A stretch of DNA of 64,000 bases from Octopus vulgaris (taxonomy: Eukaryota). The translations under genes and the position numbers were made by a program. The stretch spans positions 210,800,001 through 210,864,000 of the forward strand of contig OX597814.1 in NCBI GenBank assembly GCA_951406725.2. Reading direction: 5' to 3'. This document shows, piece by piece, positions 27,700 to 44,554 of this stretch (its first letter is position 1; every line of letters begins with the position of its first letter). A model generated the notes under the pieces. It was not told the DNA's origin, made no database searches, and saw nothing but the letters and a program-made list of their open reading frames with translations.

Positions 27700-28371
27700 G
27701 AAGAGATCGTACTACTATCTATTTTATCAAGTGATATAATAATGCTGCATAATTAGAGTGAAAGCTCTCTTAATTATTATAGACAAGCAGCGTTGAATAT
27801 ATGTTTCAAATAATAACCCGATGGTGTTGCAGCCTATGAAGAGATTAATTTGTTATGTATACATACAAAGTGTTAGTCAGAAACATTGTAACAGGAAGGA
27901 AGAAGAATATATGCCATTTAGTGAATGAAAGCTAATTTCGTTTGAATTTCTACAGTGGAATCACTATCATCCCACAATAAATGACACATGTCGTTGTAGT
28001 TTAAATTATGTTTACAGCCTCAACTAGTACACACGCACACACGTACACATACACATACTAGCATGCACGCACTGGCACACTCATACAAACACGTAGACAT
28101 ATATTATTAATATGAACAGACATTAATATATATGTCATTTCGTGATTACTTTGGCAGATGATTTGACACTTCATAAGTGGAGATATTTATTTGCATAGCA
28201 ACCATTACTCCATTTGGTGAATATAAATGCTGTATGAAAATAAAGCGTGAAAATCCATTAAAATGTACAGCTTTATTAGCCAAATATTCTGTATAGAATA
28301 TTTGTAAAGTTCATTTCACAAATACTTAACGCGTTATGGATTCAAAAATTTGAGAATGCATATAAAGTATA

Positions 28372-28620
<249 letters not shown>

Positions 28621-28896
28621 TCAAATATCCGTGTGAAATCTTCAGAATTCGCTCCAGGAAATGAACTATGGATATTTTTCTGAAAATATGCTGATTATCG
28701 ACGAATCATTAATGTGAAACATATCGATTAAAGTTGATACTTGAGCATAGTCAGATCCAACTCGCTAGAAACATTAGTTTTGTGTATAATATGGAATTCT
28801 ATATAATATTTTACAATTATAATGCTATATTTTAGAACAACGTTTGCTTTTTGGATTCTGTATCACCTTATAATTTATATTTACTTCTATTCTCAC

Positions 28897-28953
<57 letters not shown>

Positions 28954-30663
28954 CAGAAAACTTAACCAAAATTATATCGTAATATTTGTGTATGAATATC
29001 AATTACTCAGAATCGTACACAATATTTTAGATCAAATTATATTAAACCCCAGACGAGTAACCATATAAGGTAAGAGTAGAATTATATCTCATGGGGAGAG
29101 ATTTGTGAAATTGCGTACGTTATCCAATGAAGCAAAATCGCTATTTCTTCTGTAGCTTCAAAGCATTCATATGAACATTGTTATCACGTAAGACTAAATT
29201 CTAATTACGTGGATGTCTAGAAACAACGACTATATCTCCTTCCTATTAAATGAACAGTTGCACATATAATGCTTGGTATTCACTATGAAGGAAGTTCGTA
29301 GAAACATCTAATTTCCATGTGTTTTAAAATACTACATGTAACAACAGTTTATTATTAAGCTAAGATAAGGTAATTATTGATAACTTTTTTATATCCTTAA
29401 GGCTGTTCCATTTCAATGATTGAGTGCTTCTTATCAAAGGAATTATTGAAGCATAAATTTGCTTCCGAAGACGAAGATAACTACTATATTGTTATGTATT
29501 ATATTATCCTATAGTGTACATATCGACAGTACGGTTACTAATAGAAATAAGCCTCTTTTAAAACTTACACTTTGACAGTCTCTCATCACTAAAATATTGT
29601 ATGAGGTTTGGTTACGCAATAAATCTTGGTTTAAAAAATATATCTGTATGAAAGCACAACCGTATATTATTCTTCCTCTTTCAGTGTTTTAGTCAACATT
29701 AAAAGTTGAATAATTTTTTTTTTATATGATGTATTTCTATGATTGATTACAGTTTTACTTTTCTCGTGGTTATGTCGTCACTTATTCATTTCAATGTTCC
29801 TGATCAATTAGATAATCATCATTTAGCAATCTCCCAGAATAACCAACGGAATACGTTCACGATCAATGAATAAAGGCATTTAACAAGATATTACAACATA
29901 TATGAATAACTTTGTAGATGCCCACATTTCTGTAATGGAGTATTAATGGAGTCTGCAAACACAAATTTTCTTTGACCCAAAAGATGTATTTATTTGGAAT
30001 TTTAATTTCTTGTGCATTTTCACGGCAACTCTTTTATATAGTTTTACTTTTGTCTATAAATCTAGTAAACACATAAATCTCATATTATGGTCTAAAATAA
30101 TAATAATTACTGAAATATAAATGTTCGACGTAATTTCTACTCTAAGACGCTTTGTTAATCAAAAAGAAGTAATATTGATTACGCAATACTACCGAAATGA
30201 CTTTCGATTGACAAACGACTAGCGTCAGCTGTACTATTTAGAAAATGCTAGGAATGCTATCTTGAAACTTCGTTCTCTGCTACCGCAATAAATATTTATA
30301 TTACACTATGGTAGACTATAGTAACAATATTGATAAACCATTCGACAGAGACGCTTTAGGCGTTACTAATTGTATGCTTACTACCAGTTATATTGCTATG
30401 TCTCCACTAATAAATATCATTGAGATTTTCGTAAATAAATCAATACATACTGGAAGATAAAGGGATTTCTTACAACTAGTTTTGCTTAATTTGGGGGTTG
30501 CTCTTTCATATTTTAGTAATTAGTAACATACAATTGATTTTTGAACTTCATGATTGTTTGAGCCAAACAAAGCTCATAAATAAAATGTTTAGATGTAGGA
30601 TAAATCGAACTAACTCTTCTCTCTTTTCTTCCGCATTTCTTCTCTCTCTCTCCATCTCCTTCC

Positions 30664-30694
<31 letters not shown>

Positions 30695-32518
30695 AATGTA
30701 TCTATTTTCCGTTTGTATACATAAGTAAGAACACATACGCACCGTACACAAAGGCGCATACGCATACACGCCCCCACTCACCCTCTCACAAACACACGTA
30801 TTTGAATGAAACCTATTGACAATATTTAAAGCGAAGGAACATGAACGATAACAGAAGCAACATACTAACAAAAACATGAAGAATAATGAAAACATCTTTT
30901 CTCGAAATGATAACAACAAAGAAGTCGATTCCCATATTTTCCATTAACTATTATTATATAGTCTAGAAGCTTGGCAATAAATCTCATGAAACTCCTTTGC
31001 TGAACATAAGATATAAAAACAATAACAACATAAAAGAGATAAGCTAATGTTAGTATGCTATATACTGATTTGAAATAAAATACAAGGTATACGATTTTTG
31101 ATAAGCATACAATTTTCGACTGGCTGCAAAAACTATACAAAGTGGTTAATACACAGTATTTTATCTTTTCAGGAGCAGAAAATGTGAGATCGATCTGACT
31201 AGTGTATGGCTCTCTTATACCTTTATCAGAGAAGGAATACACACTCTCTGTTCTTGAATAGATTAGCAGTTTATAGCTATTTAATGTGTATAGAAACTTA
31301 TCCGCAAATAAATTATTACATAATATTTGCATAACTGTATATATGATGACTACGTGTTTAATTAAATAATCAATAAATGTACAATCCATGTTAATTAATT
31401 AATTAACCATGTTAATTAATTAGTTATGTACAATAGAGTGTTATTGATAATATCAAACAGATTTCAATGTTTACCATTTTTAATTAGCATACAATGTGAA
31501 AAAGAAATACAGTAGTTATACCACAAGATTAAATCTTTCCATGGGCAAAAACAAAAGTGATTTAATTTGAGGAGTTTCCAACTTTTAAAAACTTCATACA
31601 CGTTACAGCAGTTCAGAGAGCGTATTATCTTGGACACAACTAAGTGATTCACGGAACGTTCATAAAAGCTCCAGGGCTAGTAATATATTTGTTAATCAAT
31701 AATTCAATAAACTGAATTCCTGAATAATTTACTTTTGATAATGGAAAATATTAATTTTGCCTATTGAGAAATAATTTGTAAATAACATGTATATTTATTA
31801 ATTGACTTCTGAGTCCAGAAGCAAAGTATTATAGTGACTGCTTGATTACAAAGTTTCCTAATTACAAGTTTAAAATTCAATCTATTATTGCATTATATAT
31901 ACACGCAACAGTTTCAAGGGCATATTTTTAATGCGTGTCACTTATGAAATATATACATATATATTTTTTTTTCTAGTTTAAGTAGAAGCAGAAACGTAGC
32001 ACAACACAATTAAAAACAATGTATTATTTTACTTAAGTTATATGCACTAAGACAGTGGTGAAATTAATGAAAACTATTACAAAAACGGCAGTGGTCATAT
32101 TAAGTAAAATTATACAAGGCACGTAATTTCTGACTGAAATTTTTAAAGGGAGACCGGCCTGTCTACACAAGTAATATTACAAAATCCCTTTCAAACAAAT
32201 GCATAGAAATTGCTAATCGTGTTTATTTTCGTTTTACAGTGTACTGTACTTACGCAATTTTATTTGTTTCTCTTACTGAAGTGTAGATGTGGTAGGTCAC
32301 TATTCTGTAGTGTTACTCACTCCTAAAGACTGATTTTCGGAAATTGTAGGACATATGAACATGTGCATGGGCAATACAGACTCTGATGTACATATTCTCT
32401 TATAATACTGTGTGCATGAGCGCGCGTTTGAGATTGCGTGTGCACATACCTGTAAATAACCAAATATATACATCCACATACACTAATTATGTGCATGTGT
32501 GTGTATGTGGATGTATGT

Positions 32519-32580
<62 letters not shown>

Positions 32581-33878
32581 CATATGTATGGCTTCTATGA
32601 AGTTACAGTCTAGTAACTTTTAACATGTTCATTCTGGACCTGTGGCTATAGCGGAAGGCGTTGTTAGTAGGACAACACGGATGATCACAGCTTCTATACA
32701 CATATTCTAGAGAAACTGTTTAATCTTTTAACATATATCCTTGAAAAAAAATTTATCACGTTAAAAGTTACTGAATTCTCGCTCATTTGTCTGTGTTTCC
32801 GCTTTATGCAAAAACATGATGTGTGTCGTGTGGTAGATAATTGTATCAATTTAGATGGAGTATTGTGAGTTTAGAGTCTCTATGTTGGACACCACTCGAC
32901 ACAAATCTAAGTAACTATTAGCATTATCGCTTTTAGTTCGTTGGTATTTCAATTATATATGATGTTATATTATATAAACAGTCTATCTTATAAAATGAAA
33001 TAATGAGAATAAAATTATATTGAATTAATTTTACCATTTATAATCTTAAAATATTCTTTGGGTACGTTAAATTTGCCAATATATCTCATAAAGCAGTTCT
33101 TCATAATTGTAATCATATATTTGGCAATGGTGCGTGAATAACGTGTTTAGAGAGATGTATAGAATGGGTTGTTTCATATCGAGTAAGACTGCAAGGAGAA
33201 CTGAAATGAACTGTATAACTAAATGCCCATTCATTGAATACGAAATGTTCCATAAATCATAAGAAAGAGCAGTACATGCAATTGGTTTAAATATATAGTT
33301 ACGTAAAACGTACTGGCTAGAAATCATATTATTTTGTCCATGGAAATATGGAAGTAACTGCAATGGATGGAAAAGCATCACTTCCCCATGGATAAATATT
33401 CGAGAATAAATTTCACCTTTGTATCTCAAAGAAAAGAGAAAAAAAAACACTCAATTCCAAATATTCTAAGCGCATACCTTCTCGTAAACGTTAATAACAA
33501 CGTGACTAGCTGATATTTAGTTTCTTTTCGAGTCTTGTTTTATGAATGCAAGAACTAAGAAATGAAGAGAGGAAGAAAAAGGCATTAAGTGTAAAACGGA
33601 AATAGGAGAAAGCAAAATGAAACAAACAGTTATTGATTTTAGCTTTGGTTTTAAAATTGAAGCTAATTAAATATAGTATTCTTTTAAATTTATTGCAAAT
33701 TTCAGTTGGAGAGTAGTGTTATCTAACAGGCCATTTAACTTGCTGAAGACAAAATGAGGACATAGTACTGCAATAATCTGGCGGTTGTCAATAGAAATAA
33801 TAATGCCTATTAATCAAGTATCGAGGAGTAATACATGAAAGTTTTCGTAAGACATGCGTTGCTGATTTAGATATGTTA

Positions 33879-34164
<286 letters not shown>

Positions 34165-34403
34165 CTGCCGATGTTATTCAGTTTTATGTCTGTTGTACAA
34201 ACATTGTATAAAACAGCTTCATTCAGTTACAAAGTCTCAGAGTCCCTTCTTATTTACTGCATAATATACATACATACAGACTCGAACAAACTCCGACACA
34301 CACAAGAACAAGCACACACAAACACTCACACATAGGCATTGTTATAAACACACAAGTATATATATTATATGTGTATACACGTATATCTGTTATATATCTA
34401 TAG

Positions 34404-34470
<67 letters not shown>

Positions 34471-35599
34471 GTCCTTTCGTAACATAGGTTTAAGAACCAC
34501 CTGTACAGTTAATTCTTATATAGAGCAGAATTCATTTGCACACAATATACTAATTACAAATAGTACATACTCAACGATGTGCTCTCACAACTAGAATTGT
34601 ATTAGTCGTTACGCTTTTCATCTTAGTATCTGCTCTTGACACCGTATCATCATTGTAAAAGAAGAATCTCACTATGACGTATTAGTCTTTCTTAAAATCG
34701 TTGAAGACAAACAGATACTACTTATAACAAACATTTTCAATAAACAGAACAGTTAAGATATGTGCATACGTTTCTATTTGAAAAGAAAATTGAAAGTTAT
34801 CACCTGAAAGAGCAGATAATTTTTTTCATTACACCTGAAAAATTCATGTAGAACTTTTAACTCTGAGTTACACTACCTCGCTCTACGCACATTGAATACA
34901 TTCATGCATGTATATATTAGTGTTTCTTCTGTTGTGTTTTTTGTGTGTTTAGTGTATGTAGTGTTATTTTAATGGGTTTTAATCTTGTAAAGTATAAGCT
35001 GTGTGAGTTAGTGCTGTTTTAGATTATTTGGTTCTTAATGTAGAGGGTGTGTGTGAATATTGTACGATATTTTGTAAAATTGGGAGTGTCTTGCAGAGTT
35101 GTGGACTGTTCTTAGAATAGCTATTTTAAAGCAGTATACAGTGTCGTGAACTCTGTTAGGTCTTCTGTGTTTCTTTCCATATTATTTTTAAACATGTTTA
35201 TGATTCGAATTACCTGTGCTATTCTTTTCACCCACATCAAGTGGAACATCTTGTATATATATATATATTTATTAAGGGCATTACTATTCATTAATGACTC
35301 ACGCTAGGAGGGACTCTTAAAGTCAAAACTACCATAATAAACACATTGTACGGAAAGCGAGGCAATGCAACTCTCGAAACAAGCCTTTTAAAAACAGATT
35401 CAGCTGCAGATCATAGGATTTCATAATTAGTGCACAAAATGTATTTTTTAATCGTCAGTGCATGCATAATCATGACACATAAAAATGAACAAAAAATAAA
35501 CACACCAGACGAACACCATGAATAAACGCTTGTAATGAGAGGCAAATCGAAAATCCCACCTCTTACATAGATATATAAGTGTGAACAATTCTATGTTCT

Positions 35600-37025
35600 A
35601 TGCTGGATACATTTGTAAACACGATCAGGTCTTTGCATCGAAATATGAAAGCTAGAGTTAATTTTAGTAAGTTCTCTGAATTTTTTACTGTGGAAAATAG
35701 AGTAAGACAAGGAGACCTTGATGCACCCACCCTTCTTATAATATACTTTGATGCTGTGATTTCACACGCTTTTCAAAATCCGAACGACAGGGAATATTTT
35801 AATTTGACCAGACTGAAAATCAAAACGAAGGTGTTTACTTCACTCATGAGGGAACACTTATACTCTGACGATTGCGATCTAGTCCGTCATTCTGAAACAG
35901 TCCTACAGTCTCATGCATTTGCATTTGGCTCAGCTTGTGATGATTTTGGCTTGAGCATCAACCTGCGTGTGGTGCTGTTTGCAACCTTCCTAAAATTGCT
36001 GTTGAGCTTAAGCTACTTGAGGTTGTTAAATCTTCTATCTACCTTAGAAGCTCTGTACAAAATGATGAAAACATTGATACAGAAATGCATACGAGAATTC
36101 AAAGGGCAGCACATGCATTTGATGTCTTGGAGTCACGCGTTTAGCGCGAAGGACATATACATAACAATAAAAATTGGCTCTTTACAAATCATTTGTATTA
36201 TCAACACTTTTGTATTCTTCTGAAACATGGACGTGTTATGAAAGACTTTTCAGTTTGTTAGAACAATTCCATCAAAATGTCTTCATCGCATTATAAACAT
36301 CAAATGGAGTTCTTTTACTCCAAACACAGATGTCTTTGCATCTTCAGACAACATCTCAATTAAAGCCATGATTAAAAAAAAAAACAAATGAGATGTTGTG
36401 GCCATATTGTTAGTATGGTGGATGAACGTACACCCATACAAATGTTTTATGGTGAGCTTGCAGAGGAGAAACACTATCGGTGTAAACCTAAAATGTGGTT
36501 TGAGGACGGCATAAGGACTACCGTGAAGTCACTTGGAATGGATCCAGAGGACATAGCAACCCTTGCTTCGGATCGAGCTAGATAGAGTGGAGTGACGGCG
36601 TTTTAAGAGGCGAGTATAACGCCTTTAATACTCAAGAGAGATTTAAAGAAGTTTGTTACAATCAAGAAGGTGAATCAAAATGACCTTTTTGTTTGCACAG
36701 TTTCTTGTGTCTGGCCCTAATCTCATTTGCAAACCCAGGGAAAATGAATATACACCAACTATTGTGCCTATATGTCTGTGCATACATTTCAATGCAATGT
36801 ATACCAGAAAGTCTGCAAATCTAACGTAGGCGTCAAAACACATTTTAAGATCTACAAAAATCAGAACTTAACTGCAGCTCTTGTTGGTCCCAATCAGCTG
36901 TGCAATCTCTGCGGTTGTCTTTTCAAAAGACTGCCTGGTTTAAAAAGCCACATCAGACGACATGATAGTTCTAATGTGTAGGTACAGGCGGTCGTCAAAC
37001 TCTGCATAAGGTGTAGGCAACCAAC
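35600..37025 (+). mobile_element. 5'-truncated RTE-clade LINE fossil with C-terminal C2H2 zinc fingers
   Basis: VRQGDLDAPTLLIIYF, LYSDDCDLV (YADD), GHIVSMVDERTPIQMFYGEL, KPKMWFED and LASDRAR. 36772-36981 holds CNLCGCLFKRLPGLKSHIRRH and a decayed finger upstream. Confidence 0.88.
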
Positions 37026-40000
37026 ATATACATATATATTTTAAAATAAAATACTGTGTGAAACATACACGGAGAGTAAACCACCATGTTGAATTCTTAC
37101 ATGGTAAAAATTGCAGTCAAAGCACGAAAGAATATTCTTACATTAATCCCTGTGTTTTAAAGTAATAATAACTACGTATCATAACTATTCAGAAAGATGA
37201 GAAGTTCCCACCTTGCCCAGGTTTGTTATATATAATCATGTTCATTCACTATATTTTAAATAAACTGCAATGAGAAAAACTGACAGTCTTCATTTATTCA
37301 TGAAATGTTGCTGCATTTAATCACATTAGTCGCCGTTCGTTTAAATTTAGATTTTGTATATCTCATCAAATAAAGGGTTTCTATGAAAATTTGCGCCTAG
37401 ATTTTATCTTCTAATGTAATTATTGTACAACATAGTGTATACGGCATTCTTAACTTTTTTCTGTCTAGATCTAAAATAATTTCATTAAAAGTCATATGGC
37501 CTAAAACCATTAAGTGAAAATTAAGCCTCTACACAGTTGAAGCAAATCAAGTCGGGAACTAGCACCTACAACTTGAAACATACATACGTAGAAGTCCTTA
37601 TATTTTCTCTCTTCATGTTATCTGAGTGAATTCGGTGATGGTGAAGATCGGTTTGTTGCTGTTCTCAAAAGCCTGCTATTAGGTTGTTCTCTCTTAAGCC
37701 AGCCCATAATTCTGCGAAGTAAAGTATCTACTCAATCCGTCCTACCAAACTTATTTCTTTCTGTCTCCCAGGGTGTCGCTCTGCTGAAGGCTTCCCCTTG
37801 TCAAATAATGTCATATGAAGAGGCGGTTCTCTAGTATTGATAATTTCGCGCACAATTATGTTATCATACATTCTATATATGTCTGTATGATGCTTTTCCT
37901 ACTTCTTTTTAGTCACATTTATTTACCAACATATGTTTCGTTTCATTATAAGCAGGACCGGATTTAAAGCTTTTTAATCTATCGTGTTGTTTTCCCCACA
38001 TGATGTAATTGTGGCTCCTTAATATTTACAAGTAACTACCGGCTTCTAATCAATGCCATTAAATCTCCTGTTATAAATTAGTTGCATTTTATTTCTCATA
38101 GCCAAGTCCTAAACAAAGGCAGTACCGTACAAGATATATTAGCAGTTGTTCAATTTAGGAATCTTGATTATGTTCTTATATGCAGAAAGACGTCAAAATA
38201 TATGTACATGTATCACCTTAATATTTACTTATCAGTATAAGTTGTAAACGTTATGAATTCTCTGCCAATATTATGCATCAGAAGTGAATTTAGTCAGGTA
38301 CTCTCTGTTTATTTGTTTTCTTCCCAAGCTAGTCCTAGACTCGTTTTATCTCATTAATATTAAATATATTGACATCACACCGTTGTTTCTAGAAGGATTG
38401 TGTCATCTGCATAAGGGATGTTGTTGCGTATTTATCTTTTCATATGTATGTATTGTAGATGTTCAATGACATGCATAATTGTTTTAATGTTTATTAGAAC
38501 ATTATTAGTGATAATACGCGACACACATGCACCTGTCTTAATTTTAGTCATATTATCCAGCTTCACTTATTCTGTCGTTTGTTGTTAATATATATTTTCC
38601 CTTGTTCACGAATAATCTGTGATTTACTACACTAATTGAACATACACACAGCATTTATATTACATTTTAACATTCTAAGAATGTATTCATATATGAATAT
38701 GCAAAAAGACGAAAATTTTCACTGCCATTTTAGCATAAGATAATTTTTAAAAATAACAAATATTGCAGAGTCTTTTCACAAATAGTGAGAACATAACTCA
38801 GATATATAACATATATCAATAACTCTCGTAAGAATAGATACTGAGTAATTAAAGTGATTAAGAATCTAAACTATCCTATTACGCATTACATATTTGAAAA
38901 ACCTGTCTCTTTCTGATACTTATGTATATCTCTAGATAATTTGAAGATTAATAAGTGCACGAAGACAGTAGACATATGCTTCAGACATTTACATATATTC
39001 TGAATAAACGCAAAAGAAAATGAAAGTAAGGGATCTACTGTGGTTTGTTGCACAGCACTACTGAGTCCCCACAACATAGAGTGCACTACTAGATTCTTTG
39101 ACAATGGTTCACTTATCAACACAGCCACTGACTAACTGACACCTTTCTTTTTTGGACTCTGTATTCATTGAACTTGGGCCTAAAGGAAGCAGTAATTGCC
39201 CATCTAAAACCTCCACTCTACTGCGTAGTTAATACACTAGTTTATATAAATATTTGGTCAAAAGTTTTGGTCCTGTACATCTATCTGCTTCTGTTTTATC
39301 AGAACAGTAAATAATAGTGATGATCAAAATATGCATCTGTTTGCATCAACAACTGAGTGCAGCATCTATGTATTATAGGTAATGTTCCTCTTGCTTTAAC
39401 TACACAGACATTTTACTACCATTTTCCTACACTGACTTAATTACAAATGAAAATAATTTCTCAATAAAATAAAAATTAAATTTAATTGGTATGGTATAAT
39501 AAAAAAAACGGTCAGAGTTTTGGATCACGCGGCCATATATGTTACATTTATAAATCCTCAACGACCACTTTTAATAAGATGACTGTCAGTACTCATTAAC
39601 AATATTACAATTGCTTACTATAAAATGTTTACAAACCTTTATAATATTTTGTTTTAGTTCTGCAGTGAAATCGATTTTTGAAAACAAATTACGTTTCATC
39701 AATCAACTGCAAATATCAATGATTTCATTAATTAGAAAGGATGCCGATCTCAGAATCGCTTCAGATAGAGTTTCCTTTTATGTTCTATGTTTTATATTGT
39801 ATTTTGAATTTTCCTATTTTATTCACTATCACGCCATTAGCAACACTCGAAAATAAATGACATTGATTGCATTTCTTTTAAACTTTTGTTCTCGAATGGA
39901 TAGAACTAATGATGCTACTATTGCAGTTTTTCGACAAACACTACTACCATTGCTATGGCGATATGATTGTTATTATTAATATTAATATTCGTTATGTTTT

Positions 40001-41079
40001 CAATACGGGGAAGGCTATGGTTCGTTCTGAATTTACTCGTCATCTATTTGAAGCTAAGAAAAAATACTGCAAGTTATAAAATTAGTTCAATAGATTATAC
40101 ACTACCATATATAAAATGAGTTACGTCAATGTCAGATCCCACAAGCATTTGCATAGCTGCTATTTATATAGATAATATTACTATTGTCCTTTTTTCTGAC
40201 TTGTATTATAAACGAAGAGCATATGTCATTTACTTTTATTAGCTAGCCATTTTTCCTCACTCATCAGCGATCTAACAATGAGGTTATGCATCCAGTGATA
40301 CTGACATTAGCTATATATTTTTTGTCATTTTCTTGATTTCATAACGTGATAAATATCCGGACTCTAATTTAGTATATGTCGTTATAGGTCTACCAGAAAG
40401 CTGGCGCAGTATATTTAGTAGTTTCCAGTTTCTGTGAGTGTGATTAATATGATTGTGAGATGACTGGCTTTGGTTTTCATTTTTATTTTTACTTCGTTTG
40501 AGCTGTGAGCGTGGTATTTAATTACTACAAATCTCGTCTTCCTTATAAATCGTTTTTTTAGCGTGGCTTGTGTATTCTATACTTTGTGTAGTGTTGTGGC
40601 TGACTAACGTTGGTGTATTCAGATGTTTCTAGTACATGAGTGATTAAATGTAACTTGTTTGAATTTTTGTTTATAATCAAAATATAAAATACAAAAGAAA
40701 GAAAAAATAAACACTAGAAAGGCAGATTTTATATTTGTCTATTTCTTTATTTCTGTGATTTATATTTTCATTATAATTTTATTCGTCTGTCGCTATAACT
40801 GTCGGTTTGGTTTCGTGCACAAACTTCTGAAAACGATACACTGCTCTGGGTATATATTCTCATACTGACAGCAGAAATGCCAGCAGGATCTACCGAAGGT
40901 CTTAGTTAAACAGTAGTCTTAGGATGCGCATTTGATCTCTTGGATGGAGAATAATGTTTATGCATCTCACCAATGTAGTACAAGTGTGAAGATGACTCGA
41001 AACAGCTGTAGTAATTTTAAATAATGTTTTCATTCAATTTCCTGTAATTTATGTTGTTATCAGTTAATCAATCAGTTGA

Positions 41080-41601
<522 letters not shown>

Positions 41602-41688
41602 GTACAAGCATGCGTACACACATCTACGTATGTATGTGATCGTGTGCGTGCATGTATGATGTATTTTACAGATACACATAGACAGAGG

Positions 41689-41774
<86 letters not shown>

Positions 41775-43099
41775 TAAAATCAAATATTCTCATCACGTTC
41801 ATAATAGTTTGCCACGTTATTTATGTATGCGTGTTGTACTGTAAGGTCAGCGTATCAAATTTGGCAACTCTGTGACTACGGCCTGCACATTTACAAGTGA
41901 TTTGTGGTAAAATGTTGAAGTAGGAGAATAAATATAAACACATTTCACATTAAATGATTACGCAGAGAAGATTATCTCTCATACTTACAATAATGATACT
42001 AGCAAAGGCGTAAAATTTCAGTTCTCAACTATAAGTACACACAATTTAAAGCCAAGAAAAATAAATACAAAAGCTTCATTTTGAAATTTTTTTGATATTA
42101 TCATTTCATACAATTCTTAGTGGGTATTACTTCAATGTACACCCATATGTATTTCAACCAATTCTGAATGAAACAGGTATGAGGATATCTCACATTTGTT
42201 GGTTTATTATCACATTATAGAATATAACCAAATTACAAATGCAAGCTGTAAAATGCATTAACAATATGGTCAATATATACACCAATATCCCCGTCAATTG
42301 AGAGCATTACGCCACAGATTATTTCAGTCTACTCCAGTACCTCTGTGTATACACAAATACACAAAGACACATACACACATACCGACACACACACACGCTT
42401 GTGCGCACATACGCATGTATGTGTGTAAGTATGCAAGTAGGTAAATATGTAAAAATTCATGCATATACACAAACACACACTTGTAATTGCATGCATATAT
42501 AGTGAAACATAGATGTCTGAACATTAAATATGAGATAAATTATCCGCAACTAATTATGGTGATTGAAATTTTTTTCACATCATCGCCATTTACATCACGA
42601 ATTTTATGTTCATGGAATAATGAATAATCGAGTTTTAAGTTTGAAATAATGGATTTGGCGATCATTTTTTTGAAAGACAAGCAGCACGTCTAACCATGTA
42701 TAGATATACAAATTTATAGTTATATAATTTTTAAAAATGAAACTGCAATTAGGACCGTTTTACAAATATTAACTGTGTATAAATTACTGGCCAATATTTT
42801 AATTTCTAAAATCCGAGTGACTACATGTTAAACCCGTTCTCCTTTGGTCCTATTTTGATTACCTACTACTGTCTACTTAAAATTGTGGTGATACTAATTA
42901 CGGAATGTTAATTATACAAGGACATGATTGCGGTATTTTGCCGAATATATTACTTAGATGATGTAATGACACGGAATATTTAATGTGAAATATTGTTTAT
43001 ATTTCAGAGTGTGACGTAGTAAATATGAATTAAATTTCTCGTATTAAATCTATTGATGACATTTTTAAATGTATGGCCTCATATGCACACACACACACA

Positions 43100-43163
<64 letters not shown>

Positions 43164-43485
43164 AAGAGAAAAAAACGACTAGTTTGAAATCTCTGAGCGA
43201 GAAATATGTAGCAACATTTTAAAGTAAAGTCTGTTTGCCAACGTAAGGTAGCAGTCCTGATTAAAACAAGGTTACTAATGTTTAGCACCAGGAAAATATC
43301 TTTTCCAGCCGGCTACCGACACATCATGTGTGTCCGTACACTGTGAGCAACGGCGCTAACGCTCCACCTCCCGCTTTATTGATAGCTGCAGGCGTAATTT
43401 TTCTGGTGAATTTCCCATCCTCGGTACAGGACAATCGTTGGCTAGAGATGGCAGCCGCTCAATCTAGATCACAGTATATACTTTT

Positions 43486-43523
<38 letters not shown>

Positions 43524-43539
43524 ATAGATAGATAGATAT

Positions 43540-43593
<54 letters not shown>

Positions 43594-43662
43594 TAATTAT
43601 ATATATATGTATGGGTATATACACATATGGGTATGCATATCTATATACACGCATATGTATAG

Positions 43663-43850
43663 ATCGGTAGCCACTACACACATCTTTTCTATCCTTGTTT
43701 CTCTCCTTGTTTTTTCTGTGTCTCTTTCTGTAGAAGAGCGTAGGCTAGAAAAATAAGACTTTTTCTATTCCTGAGCGTTATACTAATACATCTGTTTGTT
43801 TTGTACACCACTTGTCTTCGTCTTTTGTTTTTTTTTTCGTAATATCTCCC
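43663..43850 (+). mobile_element. Family B mini-element, second copy, 3' end in (TA)n
   Basis: TCTTT-CTGTAGA-A-GAGC-GTAG-GCTA-GAAA at 43723-43751. The downstream TACTAATACA-TGTTTGTTTTGTAC-CCAC-TG-CTTCGTCTTTTGTTT aligns with the 21446 copy. Confidence 0.65.
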
Positions 43851-43917
<67 letters not shown>

Positions 43918-44503
43918 TTATATATATGTATGTATATTTATATATATGTATATACATGTAAGTGTGTATTTATATATGCATAGTTATATGTATGTTTAAA
44001 TACACTGACACACTTCATTATACAGTTTCCTGTTATCTGTCTAGACAATACTTGATGTTTCAAAATTGCTAATTGATTATAATTGTTCCTTTCAGAATAC
44101 AGTGTACTAATTTTTAGCAACTAGCCGTGCTGCTAACGACAACAGCAATAGAGTTCATAGATTCTTTTTTTAATGCGTATTGTGTGGGAACCTGAGGATG
44201 TATTTAGCCAGCGTAGTCTTGAGTTACCTCTTGCCGCTGTCAAGAAGGTGGTTTTACTGTTTACCAACAAAGGAATCAACAGTACCCCGCTCTATTTTAC
44301 CTAGGTCCCTCTTGAAGATTTACTCCGGTTTTCCAGTGGATTTTTAAAGACAATCTGCTGTAGAATGAGGATTATTACTGGCATTAAGTATGATCACATA
44401 ATTGAACTTAGATTCAGCAACTTAATTGATACGATAAAACATACATTTTATCTTGATGACGATACTAAACTAAAATTATGTAGTATCGGTTTTCCATACA
44501 TTG

Positions 44504-44554
<51 letters not shown>

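Noticed and set aside
30865-31389. 174-aa minus-strand ORF
   Set aside because: No recognisable motif or splice context; composition fits chance in AT-rich DNA.
38886-39205. Possible host exon on the minus strand
   Set aside because: All three frames after the candidate acceptor hit stops, and no homology was recognised.
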